Assembly: GCA_910579125.1 (NCBI GenBank)
Contig: CAJTTH010000015.1
Location: 777-64,776, forward strand
Reading direction: 5' to 3'
From: an uncultured Oscillospiraceae bacterium
GTDB taxonomy: Bacteria > Bacillota > Clostridia > Oscillospirales > Ruminococcaceae
DNA length: 64,000 nucleotides
The stretch's first letter is position 1. Each line of letters opens with the position of its first letter. The notes beneath the pieces were generated by a model. It saw only the letters and a program-made list of their open reading frames with translations, searched no databases and had not been told where the DNA came from. The position numbers and the translations under genes are program-made. Positions 1 through 7,708 of the stretch are shown one piece after another.

Positions 1-130
1 CATCAACAATATTGCGAAGCGAAAAATATGCACCGTGCACAATTTCTTTTAGGCAAATGATGTCGCTGTCGTCAATTCGCTCACCTCTCTGTTTATTACA
101 CAATTTTTTTTGACCTTAACATAATTCAAG

Positions 131-169
131 AAAAAAAGCAAAAAGGCACACCGAATCAAACGGTGCGCC
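131..169 (-). terminator. Rho-independent terminator downstream of the surface-protein remnant
   Basis: Minus-sense stem-loop GGCGCACCG-tttgatt-CGGTGTGCC followed by TTTTTGCTTTTTTT, 26 nt after the stop at 195-197. Confidence 0.6.
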
Positions 170-194
170 AAAGCATTATTCGGAGTAAAACGAA

Positions 195-509
195 TTACTT
201 GCCGGATTTCCTTCCGCGCTTGAATACGGGCGCGGTAAGTACCAGACAGCTTAAAGCCGCGATCCAAATCAGAGTATCCTGACGCACTCCCATGTTCGGG
301 TTGTCGGAGGGATCGGTATTATCGGGTTTTGATGGCGTCTGATCGTCGTTTGCGGGATTGTCGGCGGTCTTTTCCCCGTGAACGGTTATAAGATAATCCG
401 ACGCGTGCGCGAACGAAAGCTTTACAATACCGTCGGCGCCAATCTTGCCGCTTGCTCGGCAACGCCCGTCTTTCGGCGAATTTTGCGTCTTTCGACGAAT
501 GTCGAGATA
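195..509 (-). pseudogene. 5'-truncated remnant of a cell-wall-anchored (sortase-substrate-like) surface protein
   Basis: A 104-codon open frame with no upstream start; the TAG at 510-512 closes it. It ends in a D/N/P/T-rich linker, then NPNMG, the hydrophobic stretch LIWIAALSCLVLTAPVF, and the basic tail KRGRKSGK*. Absent from the ORF track because it lacks a start codon. Confidence 0.45.
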
Positions 510-577
510 CTAAACAAACTCTAAAACAAAATGCGGCGAAACGGCAAAAAACACCGTAACAAAATTTTCCCCGAACA

Positions 578-606
578 TTGACAAAGCATAAAATTTATGG
601 TAAAAT
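578..606 (+). promoter_or_regulatory. Sigma-A-type promoter for the GH3 gene
   Basis: TTGACA (578-583), 17-nt spacer, extended -10 TGgTAAAAT (-10 at 601-606), about 70 nt upstream of the ATG at 676. Confidence 0.55.
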
Positions 607-675
607 GATACCCGGGAAGCGACTGTCGGCAAAACGGTCGAAAATGCATAGAACAACGCAGAAAGGAAAGACAGC

Positions 676-2760
676 ATGGAAAAATATCTTGATGAAACGT
701 TAAGCATACAGGAGCGTGCCGAAGCGCTCGCCGACGCTATGACAACGGACGAGCAAGCAAGCCAGCTGCGGTACGACGCGTTTGCGGTAAAGCGGCTCGG
801 CATACCCGCGTACAACTGGTGGAACGAGGGGCTGCACGGACTGGCACGTTCGGGAGTGGCGACTATGTTCCCGCAGGCGATAGGGCTTGCGGCAATGTTT
901 TCGCCCGAGCTTGTCAAAAGAGCCGGAGATATCGTTGCCGAGGAAGCGCGCGCGAAATACAACGCGTATCAAAAGCACGGCGACCGCGACATTTACAAGG
1001 GCTTGACGATATGGTCGCCTAACATAAACATTTTCCGCGACCCGCGCTGGGGCAGAGGTCACGAGACCTACGGCGAGGACCCGTTCCTCACGGCGGAAAA
1101 CGGAAAAGCCTACGTAAAGGGGCTTCAGGGAGACGGCAAGGTTCTCAAAACGGCAGCGTGCGCCAAGCATCTTGCCGCGCACAGCGGTCCCGAGGCTATA
1201 CGTCACGGATTTAACTCCGAGGTCTCGCCGAAGGATATGGAGGAAACCTATCTCCCCGCGTTTGAAGAGCTTGTGAAAAACGCGCGCGTAGAGGGCGTTA
1301 TGGGCGCGTACAACTGCGTCAACGGAGAGCCCGCCTGCGCGAGCGGTTTCTTAATGGGCAAGCTCCGCGATTGGGGCTTTGACGGGTATTTCGTTTCGGA
1401 TTGCTGGGCAATCAACGATTTTCACGCGCATCACGGTATTACAAGCAACGCCGTTGAATCGGCGGCGCTCGCGCTTACGGCGGGCTGCGACGTTAATTGC
1501 GGCTGCACTTATGTGAACGTTCTCGCGGCGCTTGAAAAAGGCTTAGTCACCAAAGACCATATCCGAAACGCTTGCGTTCATCTTATGCGCACAAGGATAA
1601 GGCTCGGAATGTTAGACGCAAAAACGGAGTTCGACGATATCCCGTACAGCGTCGTATCCTGCCGTGAGCATAAGGACGTTTCTCTCGAATGCGCCGAAAG
1701 ATCCATGGTTCTGCTGCGTAACAACGGTATTCTTCCGCTGGACGAAAACAAAATCAAAACCCTCGCGGTGATAGGTCCGAACAGCATGAGCCGCGCGGCT
1801 CTGGAGGGCAATTACTGCGGCACTGCGGACAGATACGTTACGTTCCTCGAGGGCATTCAAGACAGATTTAACGGACGCGTCATCTTCGCCGAGGGCTGCC
1901 ACCTGTACAAGGACAGAAGCTCCACTCTGGCAATGGCGGGCGACAGATACGCCGAAGCGGAAGCCGCCGCCGAAAGCTCCGACGCGGTCATTCTCTGCGT
2001 TGGTCTCGATGCGACTATCGAGGGCGAGGAGGGCGACGTCGGCAACGAGTTCTCATCGGGCGATAAAAACGACCTCCGTCTCCCCGAAAGCCAGCGGATA
2101 CTCGCCGACAAAATAATGAAGCTCGGCAAGCCCGTTGTTATCGTCTGCGCCGCGGGGAGTGCGATAAACGTCGAATGCGAACCCGACGCGCTGCTCCATG
2201 TCTGGTATCCCGGCTCGGAGGGCGGCGCCGCGCTCGCGGAGATACTGTTCGGCGACGTTTCGCCCTCGGGAAAGCTGCCCGTTACATTTTACGAGAGCGC
2301 GGAGCTGCTCCCCGAGTTCACCGACTATTCGATGAAAAACCGCACCTACCGTTACGCGAAAAACAACGTGCTGTTCCCGTTCGGTTTCGGACTGACTTAC
2401 TCCGATATCGTCTGCACGGATATCCGCTACGAGGACGGCAGGACTGTGGTCTCCGTCGAAAATAAAGGCGGCAGAGCGGCAGAGGACGTTATCGAGCTGT
2501 ATATCAAGGACTACGGTGAAAACGCCGTTCCCAACGTAAGCCTTTGCGGATTTAAACGGATAAAGCTTGCTGCGGGAGAAAAGCTCTCGGTTGAAATTCC
2601 CGTCCCCGAGAGAGCGTTCACCGCTGTCGACAACAACGGCGAAAGGCGGCGCTTCGGCAGCAGATTTACACTGTACGCGGGAACTCACCAACCCGACCCG
2701 ATAAGCGAACGTCTCAGCGGACACAAGTGCGTAAGCGTTGAGGTCGTTTTCCCCGACTAA
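676..2760 (+). CDS. Glycoside hydrolase family 3 (beta-glucosidase / beta-xylosidase type)
   Basis: 694-aa ORF with GH3-like motifs (NWWNEGLHG, KHLAAHSGPE, GYFVSDCWA nucleophile region) and the C-terminal FnIII-like domain typical of BglX/Xyl3 enzymes. AAAGGAAAG SD upstream. Confidence 0.85.
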   Translation: MEKYLDETLSIQERAEALADAMTTDEQASQLRYDAFAVKRLGIPAYNWWNEGLHGLARSGVATMFPQAIGLAAMFSPELVKRAGDIVAEEARAKYNAYQKHGDRDIYKGLTIWSPNINIFRDPRWGRGHETYGEDPFLTAENGKAYVKGLQGDGKVLKTAACAKHLAAHSGPEAIRHGFNSEVSPKDMEETYLPAFEELVKNARVEGVMGAYNCVNGEPACASGFLMGKLRDWGFDGYFVSDCWAINDFHAHHGITSNAVESAALALTAGCDVNCGCTYVNVLAALEKGLVTKDHIRNACVHLMRTRIRLGMLDAKTEFDDIPYSVVSCREHKDVSLECAERSMVLLRNNGILPLDENKIKTLAVIGPNSMSRAALEGNYCGTADRYVTFLEGIQDRFNGRVIFAEGCHLYKDRSSTLAMAGDRYAEAEAAAESSDAVILCVGLDATIEGEEGDVGNEFSSGDKNDLRLPESQRILADKIMKLGKPVVIVCAAGSAINVECEPDALLHVWYPGSEGGAALAEILFGDVSPSGKLPVTFYESAELLPEFTDYSMKNRTYRYAKNNVLFPFGFGLTYSDIVCTDIRYEDGRTVVSVENKGGRAAEDVIELYIKDYGENAVPNVSLCGFKRIKLAAGEKLSVEIPVPERAFTAVDNNGERRRFGSRFTLYAGTHQPDPISERLSGHKCVSVEVVFPD

Positions 2761-2765
2761 TTGAT

Positions 2766-2801
2766 TCAAAAAAGAAACCGCAGGCATTGCTTGCGGTTTC
2801 T
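2766..2801. terminator. Bidirectional terminator hairpin between the convergent GH3 and GH36 genes
   Basis: AGAAACCGCA-ggcattgct-TGCGGTTTCT hairpin. The U-run is on the minus-sense side (plus-strand caaaaa at 2766-2772). Confidence 0.65.
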
Positions 2802-2807
2802 TGAATA

Positions 2808-5051
2808 TTACTGCCTTACAAAATGAACGACCTTCGACGTGAAATCCCCGTCGAGCTTTACAAAAATTCCCGCGTTCATAAGCGCGCTTCCGCTGAGCAT
2901 CTCCCCCGTTTCCGAATTTTTGTAGCAAGCGTCGGGGTCGAGACCCTTCAGCCTGATACGTCTGCTGCGGTAATTGGGTCTGCCCAATACCTGTACAAAC
3001 GTGAAAACCGCCTCGGACTTATCCTTTGAAACGAATATCCACGCGTCCCACATATTGTCCTCGAAAACATTGCCTATGCGGTATTGGTCTCCGGTGCGGA
3101 TAATCGGGTTGTACTTGTTGAACTCCGCGATCTGCGCGGGGATAGCGTCTCTGTCCGCCTGCGGTATTCTCGTCACGTCAAGCTCGTAGCCGAACGTTCC
3201 CACCATTGCGACGTTCCCTCTTGTGGAAAACGGAGTTGTTCTCCCTACCGTGTGATTGGGGCAGTCGGAAACGTGCGCTCCCATTGCGGATGCTGGGTAG
3301 CATATCGACGTGCCGTGCTGTATCTTCAGCCGCTCTATCGCGTCGGTGTCGTCGGAGCACCATATCTGCGGCGAGTAGTAGAGCATTCCCGGGTCGAAGC
3401 GCGCGCCGCCGCCCGAGCAGTTCTCCAGAAGAATGTGCGGATAATCGGTCGTAAGCCTGTTCATAAGATCGTAAACTCCGAGCACGTACCTGTGCCAGAG
3501 CTCGCGCTGACGCTCCTTAGGCAGCGAGGTCGAGCCGACCTCAGTAAGCTGTCGGTTCATATCCCACTTGATATACTCGATATTTGCACTGTCGAGAACG
3601 TTCTTCATCATACCGTAAACGCAGTCGCGTACTTCCTTGTTTGAGTAGTCGAGAACATACTGCTCGCGCGACATCGTCATATCTCTGCCGCGAACCTGTA
3701 TCGCCCAGTCGGGGTGCTTTTTGTACAGCTCGCTGTCGGGCGAGATCATCTCGGGCTCAAACCATATACCGAACTTCATACCCAGCTTGTTCACCTCGTC
3801 GACAAGGTGCTTCAAACCGCCCTTGAGCTTCTTTTCATAGACGAACCAGTCGCCGAGCGAGCTGTTGTCCGCGTCTCTGTGACCAAACCAGCCGTCGTCC
3901 ATAACAAGCATTTCAATGCCGAGCTTTGACGCTTCACGCGCGATGTCGATGAGCTTGTCGGCGTCAAATCCGAAATAGGTAGCCTCCCAGTTGTTGATGA
4001 GTATCGGACGGCGCTTGTCCTTGTACTCGCCGCGGATAAGGTGTTCTCTGTACAGGTCGTGGAATGTGCGCGACATCTTGCCTATTCCCCCGTCCGAGTA
4101 GACCATGACTACCTCGGGCGCGGTAAATTCTCCGCCCTCCTCCAGCAGCCAGTTAAAGTCAAAATGGTTTATGCCCATGACCGCCCTTGTGCACTTGTTC
4201 TGCGTCACCTCCGCCTGCGCGAAAAAGTTTCCGCTGTACACGAAATTAAAGCCGTAAGCCTCGCCTGTATCCTCGTCCGCGTTATGCGAAACAAGCGCCA
4301 TAAACGGATTGTTCTGGTGCGAGGATTCGCCCCTTACGGAATCTATCCCCTGTTTGCCGTGGTGGAGCTTGGAGCGCTCCAAAACACGCTCTCTTGCCCA
4401 ACTGCCGTTAAGAGTTATCAAATCGTAGCCGTCGTTGTCAAAGTCCACGCACGCCGACAACACCCGCTTCACGTTAAGCGGCGCTTTGCCCGTGTTTTTC
4501 AGGCGAACGCTCCTCGTAATAACGTTCAGCTCGTTGAATACCGTATAAAGCAGGACCGCCTCGAGCCCCGTGTGCTTATCTGTACAAGTGATCTCGAGGG
4601 TCTCCGCCTCGTCCTCGTTTGCGAACGTCGCGGGCAGCCCCTCCAAAGCGGGCTTTCCCTTGTAAACCTTATGAGAAACATACCGCAGATCGCAGGTCGT
4701 CATACCCTCGCCGTCCATTACCATAAGGCACGGTTCGCGGTAGTCGCCCGTTCCGTGGCACGGGTATTCAAACGCGGTCTGATCCATAAACGTCCCCATG
4801 TCGCGCATATTGGTCTTGGGAACCCACGGGTTTTCCTCCAAACGCAGAAGATAAGTGAGATCGTCACCGCTTAACTTCTTCCCGAAATAGCCATGTATAA
4901 GATACCCCTCGTCGATAACGCCGAAAACGTAGCTTGTATCCTTTGCGTCAAGCTGAAACATTTTAATATCCTCGGCAAAACCGATGTTGTCGTTTATCTG
5001 CCATGCCCACCTTTTGTAATCCTTGTGATAATCGCGAACAATTATACCCAT
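2808..5051 (-). CDS. Alpha-galactosidase, glycoside hydrolase family 36
   Basis: 747 aa. Contains the GH36 hallmarks IKWDMNR (nucleophile region) and CSGGGARFD, and has AgaA/RafA-like length. Confidence 0.9.
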   Translation of the reverse strand: MGIIVRDYHKDYKRWAWQINDNIGFAEDIKMFQLDAKDTSYVFGVIDEGYLIHGYFGKKLSGDDLTYLLRLEENPWVPKTNMRDMGTFMDQTAFEYPCHGTGDYREPCLMVMDGEGMTTCDLRYVSHKVYKGKPALEGLPATFANEDEAETLEITCTDKHTGLEAVLLYTVFNELNVITRSVRLKNTGKAPLNVKRVLSACVDFDNDGYDLITLNGSWARERVLERSKLHHGKQGIDSVRGESSHQNNPFMALVSHNADEDTGEAYGFNFVYSGNFFAQAEVTQNKCTRAVMGINHFDFNWLLEEGGEFTAPEVVMVYSDGGIGKMSRTFHDLYREHLIRGEYKDKRRPILINNWEATYFGFDADKLIDIAREASKLGIEMLVMDDGWFGHRDADNSSLGDWFVYEKKLKGGLKHLVDEVNKLGMKFGIWFEPEMISPDSELYKKHPDWAIQVRGRDMTMSREQYVLDYSNKEVRDCVYGMMKNVLDSANIEYIKWDMNRQLTEVGSTSLPKERQRELWHRYVLGVYDLMNRLTTDYPHILLENCSGGGARFDPGMLYYSPQIWCSDDTDAIERLKIQHGTSICYPASAMGAHVSDCPNHTVGRTTPFSTRGNVAMVGTFGYELDVTRIPQADRDAIPAQIAEFNKYNPIIRTGDQYRIGNVFEDNMWDAWIFVSKDKSEAVFTFVQVLGRPNYRSRRIRLKGLDPDACYKNSETGEMLSGSALMNAGIFVKLDGDFTSKVVHFVRQ

Positions 5052-5076
5052 ATAATATCCTTCCTTTCTTGAATTT

Positions 5077-5940
5077 CTACTTGCCGACCGCGGATATCGA
5101 GTAGGTGAACGCTCTCTCCTCGCCGCTTTGCAGCGTTACCGCGCCGCGCTTTTCGGCGAACACACCCGTGCAGTCGTCAAAATCCGCCGAACCGCACCAC
5201 GGCTCAATACACAAGAACGGCGCGTCCTTTGCCTGCCATACGCCAAGACTTGTAAAGTCGGGATAGTCCACGCGAACGCCCTTGTTGTCCTTGTCAAGCA
5301 GCATAACCGAGCGCGAGACTATTTTATCAAAATAGCACACGTCCCCGTAGAACAGCTCGTGCTTCAGCGGCAGGACTGTCTCGCCGTTAAGCAGCGGACG
5401 GCGGTTGTTCTCCTCGTGCAGACCCGTTTCGAGGTTGTAATTCGGCACTGCGGCGGTCTCGGGCTTGTCGAATTCGAGACGGTAGTCCGTGAACTCGCCG
5501 CCGCACGCGAACGCGGGGTGCGCTCCGATACAGAACGGCATAGGCTCGCCGGAGTTGTTCTTAACGCGGTATGTCACAGCGATTCCGTCCGATTTGAGCG
5601 TGTATGTCACAGTAAAACGGAAATCAAACGGGAACATTCCGCGCGTGTAGTCGTTCTGCTCGAGCGCGAACGTAACGGACGTTCCGCTTACGGTCACGGG
5701 AGTAAGCTCCAGATCGCGCGCGAAACCATGCTTTGTTATCGCGTACTCCTTGCCGTTGATAAGCGTTTTTCCGCCGCGCAGAGTGCCGATCATCGGGAAC
5801 AGCAGCGGAGAGGTCTTTCCCCAGAACGCGGGGTCGGCACTCCACATAAGCTCCCGTCTGTCAACGGTGAGCGATTTAAGCTCCGCGCCCTTTGAGATTA
5901 TCTTCGCGGCGCAGTTGTCGTTTTTAAGCCGGATTTCCAT
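5077..5940 (-). CDS. Aldose 1-epimerase family protein (LacX-like)
   Basis: 287 aa with mutarotase-superfamily length and composition. Lies 25 nt upstream of the alpha-galactosidase gene on the same strand. Confidence 0.7.
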   Translation of the reverse strand: MEIRLKNDNCAAKIISKGAELKSLTVDRRELMWSADPAFWGKTSPLLFPMIGTLRGGKTLINGKEYAITKHGFARDLELTPVTVSGTSVTFALEQNDYTRGMFPFDFRFTVTYTLKSDGIAVTYRVKNNSGEPMPFCIGAHPAFACGGEFTDYRLEFDKPETAAVPNYNLETGLHEENNRRPLLNGETVLPLKHELFYGDVCYFDKIVSRSVMLLDKDNKGVRVDYPDFTSLGVWQAKDAPFLCIEPWCGSADFDDCTGVFAEKRGAVTLQSGEERAFTYSISAVGK

Positions 5941-5953
5941 AATTATCCTCCGA

Positions 5954-6352
5954 TCACTTGTTTAAAAACGCGCCGAGCTTTTTATCCTCGGTGCGGATAT
6001 GCGAGATCAGCACGCCGATATGGTTATTCAGCTTCATCAGCGAGCTGATTGAAGCGTTCGACGAGGAGACCTCAGCCGTTATTTCCTTCAGCGTTTTCTT
6101 GAAATTCTCATGGAACGCCTTGTGAGCGGTATAGTTCGGATATCCGCTTTTCTGCTGAAGCTGCTCCTCATGCGCGAAATGACGGTCGACATAGTTGTTC
6201 AGAAACGTAATCGTTTGATTGACGTTCTCCCGTCCTTTGCCTGCGCTGCAAGCGTCCAGCAGTTTGTTTACCGCGTCTATAAGCTCGCGGTGCTCCTTGT
6301 CGATAATTGCGCTGCCCGTTTCCAGATTCGGGGTAAATTCATATCTTGCCAT
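5954..6352 (-). CDS. Bacteriohemerythrin-like metal-binding protein
   Basis: 132 aa with spaced His/Glu/Asp ligand motifs (IDKEHRELI, DRHFAHEE, HKAFHENF, HIRTEDKK) typical of hemerythrin HHE domains. Confidence 0.8.
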   Translation of the reverse strand: MARYEFTPNLETGSAIIDKEHRELIDAVNKLLDACSAGKGRENVNQTITFLNNYVDRHFAHEEQLQQKSGYPNYTAHKAFHENFKKTLKEITAEVSSSNASISSLMKLNNHIGVLISHIRTEDKKLGAFLNK

Positions 6353-6378
6353 ATTTTTTTCCTCCCAGAAATATTACC

Positions 6379-6403
6379 AGAGCGTTAATGTGAACACGCT
6401 CTA
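6379..6403. repeat. 25-nt palindromic element, copy 1 (7-bp arms AGAGCGT/ACGCTCT)
   Basis: The reverse complement, tAGAGCGTGTTCaCATTAACGCTCT, matches 38248-38272 at 24/25 positions. Confidence 0.8.
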
Positions 6404-6405
6404 AT

Positions 6406-6434
6406 ATTATAAATGATTATTCGACCGAAGTCAA
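6406..6434 (-). promoter_or_regulatory. Sigma-A-type promoter of the hemerythrin / epimerase / alpha-galactosidase operon
   Basis: Minus-sense TTGACT (6434-6429), 17-nt spacer, TATAAT (6411-6406). The palindromic element starts 3 nt downstream of the -10. Confidence 0.5.
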
Positions 6435-6442
6435 TATATTTC

Positions 6443-7708
6443 TCAATATTGCGGCGGCTTTTTTTCGCCGCGCTTTTTGCTCCACGCGCGGAGAATAAGC
6501 ATAAGCATAACGACTATCGCCAGCATAAGAACGATCTTGAGGATAATGGTGAACAGGTCGTTCTCACGCTCGGCGATCGCCCAGACCTGTCCGCTCGAAT
6601 TGCGGAAAAACATCACGCCGCCCGCCGAAACGTCCGATCTGCCGTCCGCCGTGTAGCCGATTATTTTCGCGATCTCCGAAACAGTCTGTTCGTCGTCGTT
6701 GTCGAGAACCGCATAGAGATACCAGCGTTCACCGTCCTTGTCGGCGTGCGGAGCGGCGGTGTAAGCGCGCTGCGCGTTTCCGTAGACGATAAACGGCGCG
6801 GAGGAGTTCTTCATCTCGGGGAACGCCCTGACAACGTCCATATTCAATCCGTCCACCACAAAAAAGCCCTCTGTCGAGCCGACATAAACGCGGTTATTAA
6901 GCTCCGCGGGCGCGGTGAGCGTGCCGCCGAGTTCAAGGCTCGTGAGCGTTTCGGGTTCGGTCTTGCCGTCCTCGGTAAGGCGCAGCTTGTACAACCGACC
7001 GTCCGCACCCGACATAAACACCGCGTATTTCCCCGCGAACACCGAGGTTATCTCCGCGCCGACGAGATTTTCGACATAATCATCGTTGACGGCACTGTGA
7101 GCGACAAGCGTATCCCCCGCGCCGAAAAGAACGTAACCGCCGAACAGCGACGGCGAGGTCGGCTGCGCGCTCAACGCGTATTCCCAAACGGTTTTCAAGC
7201 CGTCGTCAATATCCGCGCAGACAAATTTGAAGCCGCTGTCGGTTTTCACGCCGAAATACGCCGCTCCGTCGAGAATTGCGGCGTCGGTGACGATCTCGCC
7301 GAACTCCGCCGAGCAGATAACGCTCATATCCTCAACGTTAATAACGTAAACGGAAGTGCGCGCCGGCTGCACAAGAACGCCGTTCAGCACTGCTCCGCCG
7401 CAGTTTTCCGAGACCTTTTCGGAAAGCTCCGCCGAGCCGACGAGCCTGCCGTCTCTTTCGGCGAACCTGTTCACCTTGTTCAAAGCGGGAATAAGAACAA
7501 ACTCCCCGTCCGATATCGGAACTCCCGCCGTTTCCGTTTCGGAGGTGTTCCAGAGTATCTGCACATAGTCCTTGGCAACGGGGGTTTTCGCGGAGATCGC
7601 CGCCTCGTCCTCGACGGCAAAGCCCGCGCTGTCCGCGTAAGCGGTTATACCCGCAAGCATAAGCGCCGACGCTGTAATACACATAATTATTTTAAAAAAA
7701 TTTCTCAT
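6443..7708 (-). CDS. Secreted, C-terminally membrane-anchored protein, possibly a beta-propeller (PQQ/BamB-like)
   Basis: 421 aa. N-terminal signal-peptide-like MRNFFKIIMCITASALMLAGITAYA. C-terminal TM segment LFTIILKIVLMLAIVVMLMLIL followed by the basic tail RAWSKKRGEKK. Its start overlaps the addA stop as ATGA. Confidence 0.6.
   Translation of the reverse strand: MRNFFKIIMCITASALMLAGITAYADSAGFAVEDEAAISAKTPVAKDYVQILWNTSETETAGVPISDGEFVLIPALNKVNRFAERDGRLVGSAELSEKVSENCGGAVLNGVLVQPARTSVYVINVEDMSVICSAEFGEIVTDAAILDGAAYFGVKTDSGFKFVCADIDDGLKTVWEYALSAQPTSPSLFGGYVLFGAGDTLVAHSAVNDDYVENLVGAEITSVFAGKYAVFMSGADGRLYKLRLTEDGKTEPETLTSLELGGTLTAPAELNNRVYVGSTEGFFVVDGLNMDVVRAFPEMKNSSAPFIVYGNAQRAYTAAPHADKDGERWYLYAVLDNDDEQTVSEIAKIIGYTADGRSDVSAGGVMFFRNSSGQVWAIAERENDLFTIILKIVLMLAIVVMLMLILRAWSKKRGEKKPPQY

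Noticed and set aside
49-267. The 72-aa minus-strand ORF at the left edge.
   Set aside because: It runs across a terminator and the 3' end of the surface-protein remnant in a different frame, and has no SD and no motif.
6379-6403. The palindromic element as a CcpA cre site or a CRP-like TGTGA-N6-TCACA site.
   Set aside because: It lacks the central CG and the conserved positions of the cre consensus (TGWNANCGNTNWCA). Only one TGTGA half is present.
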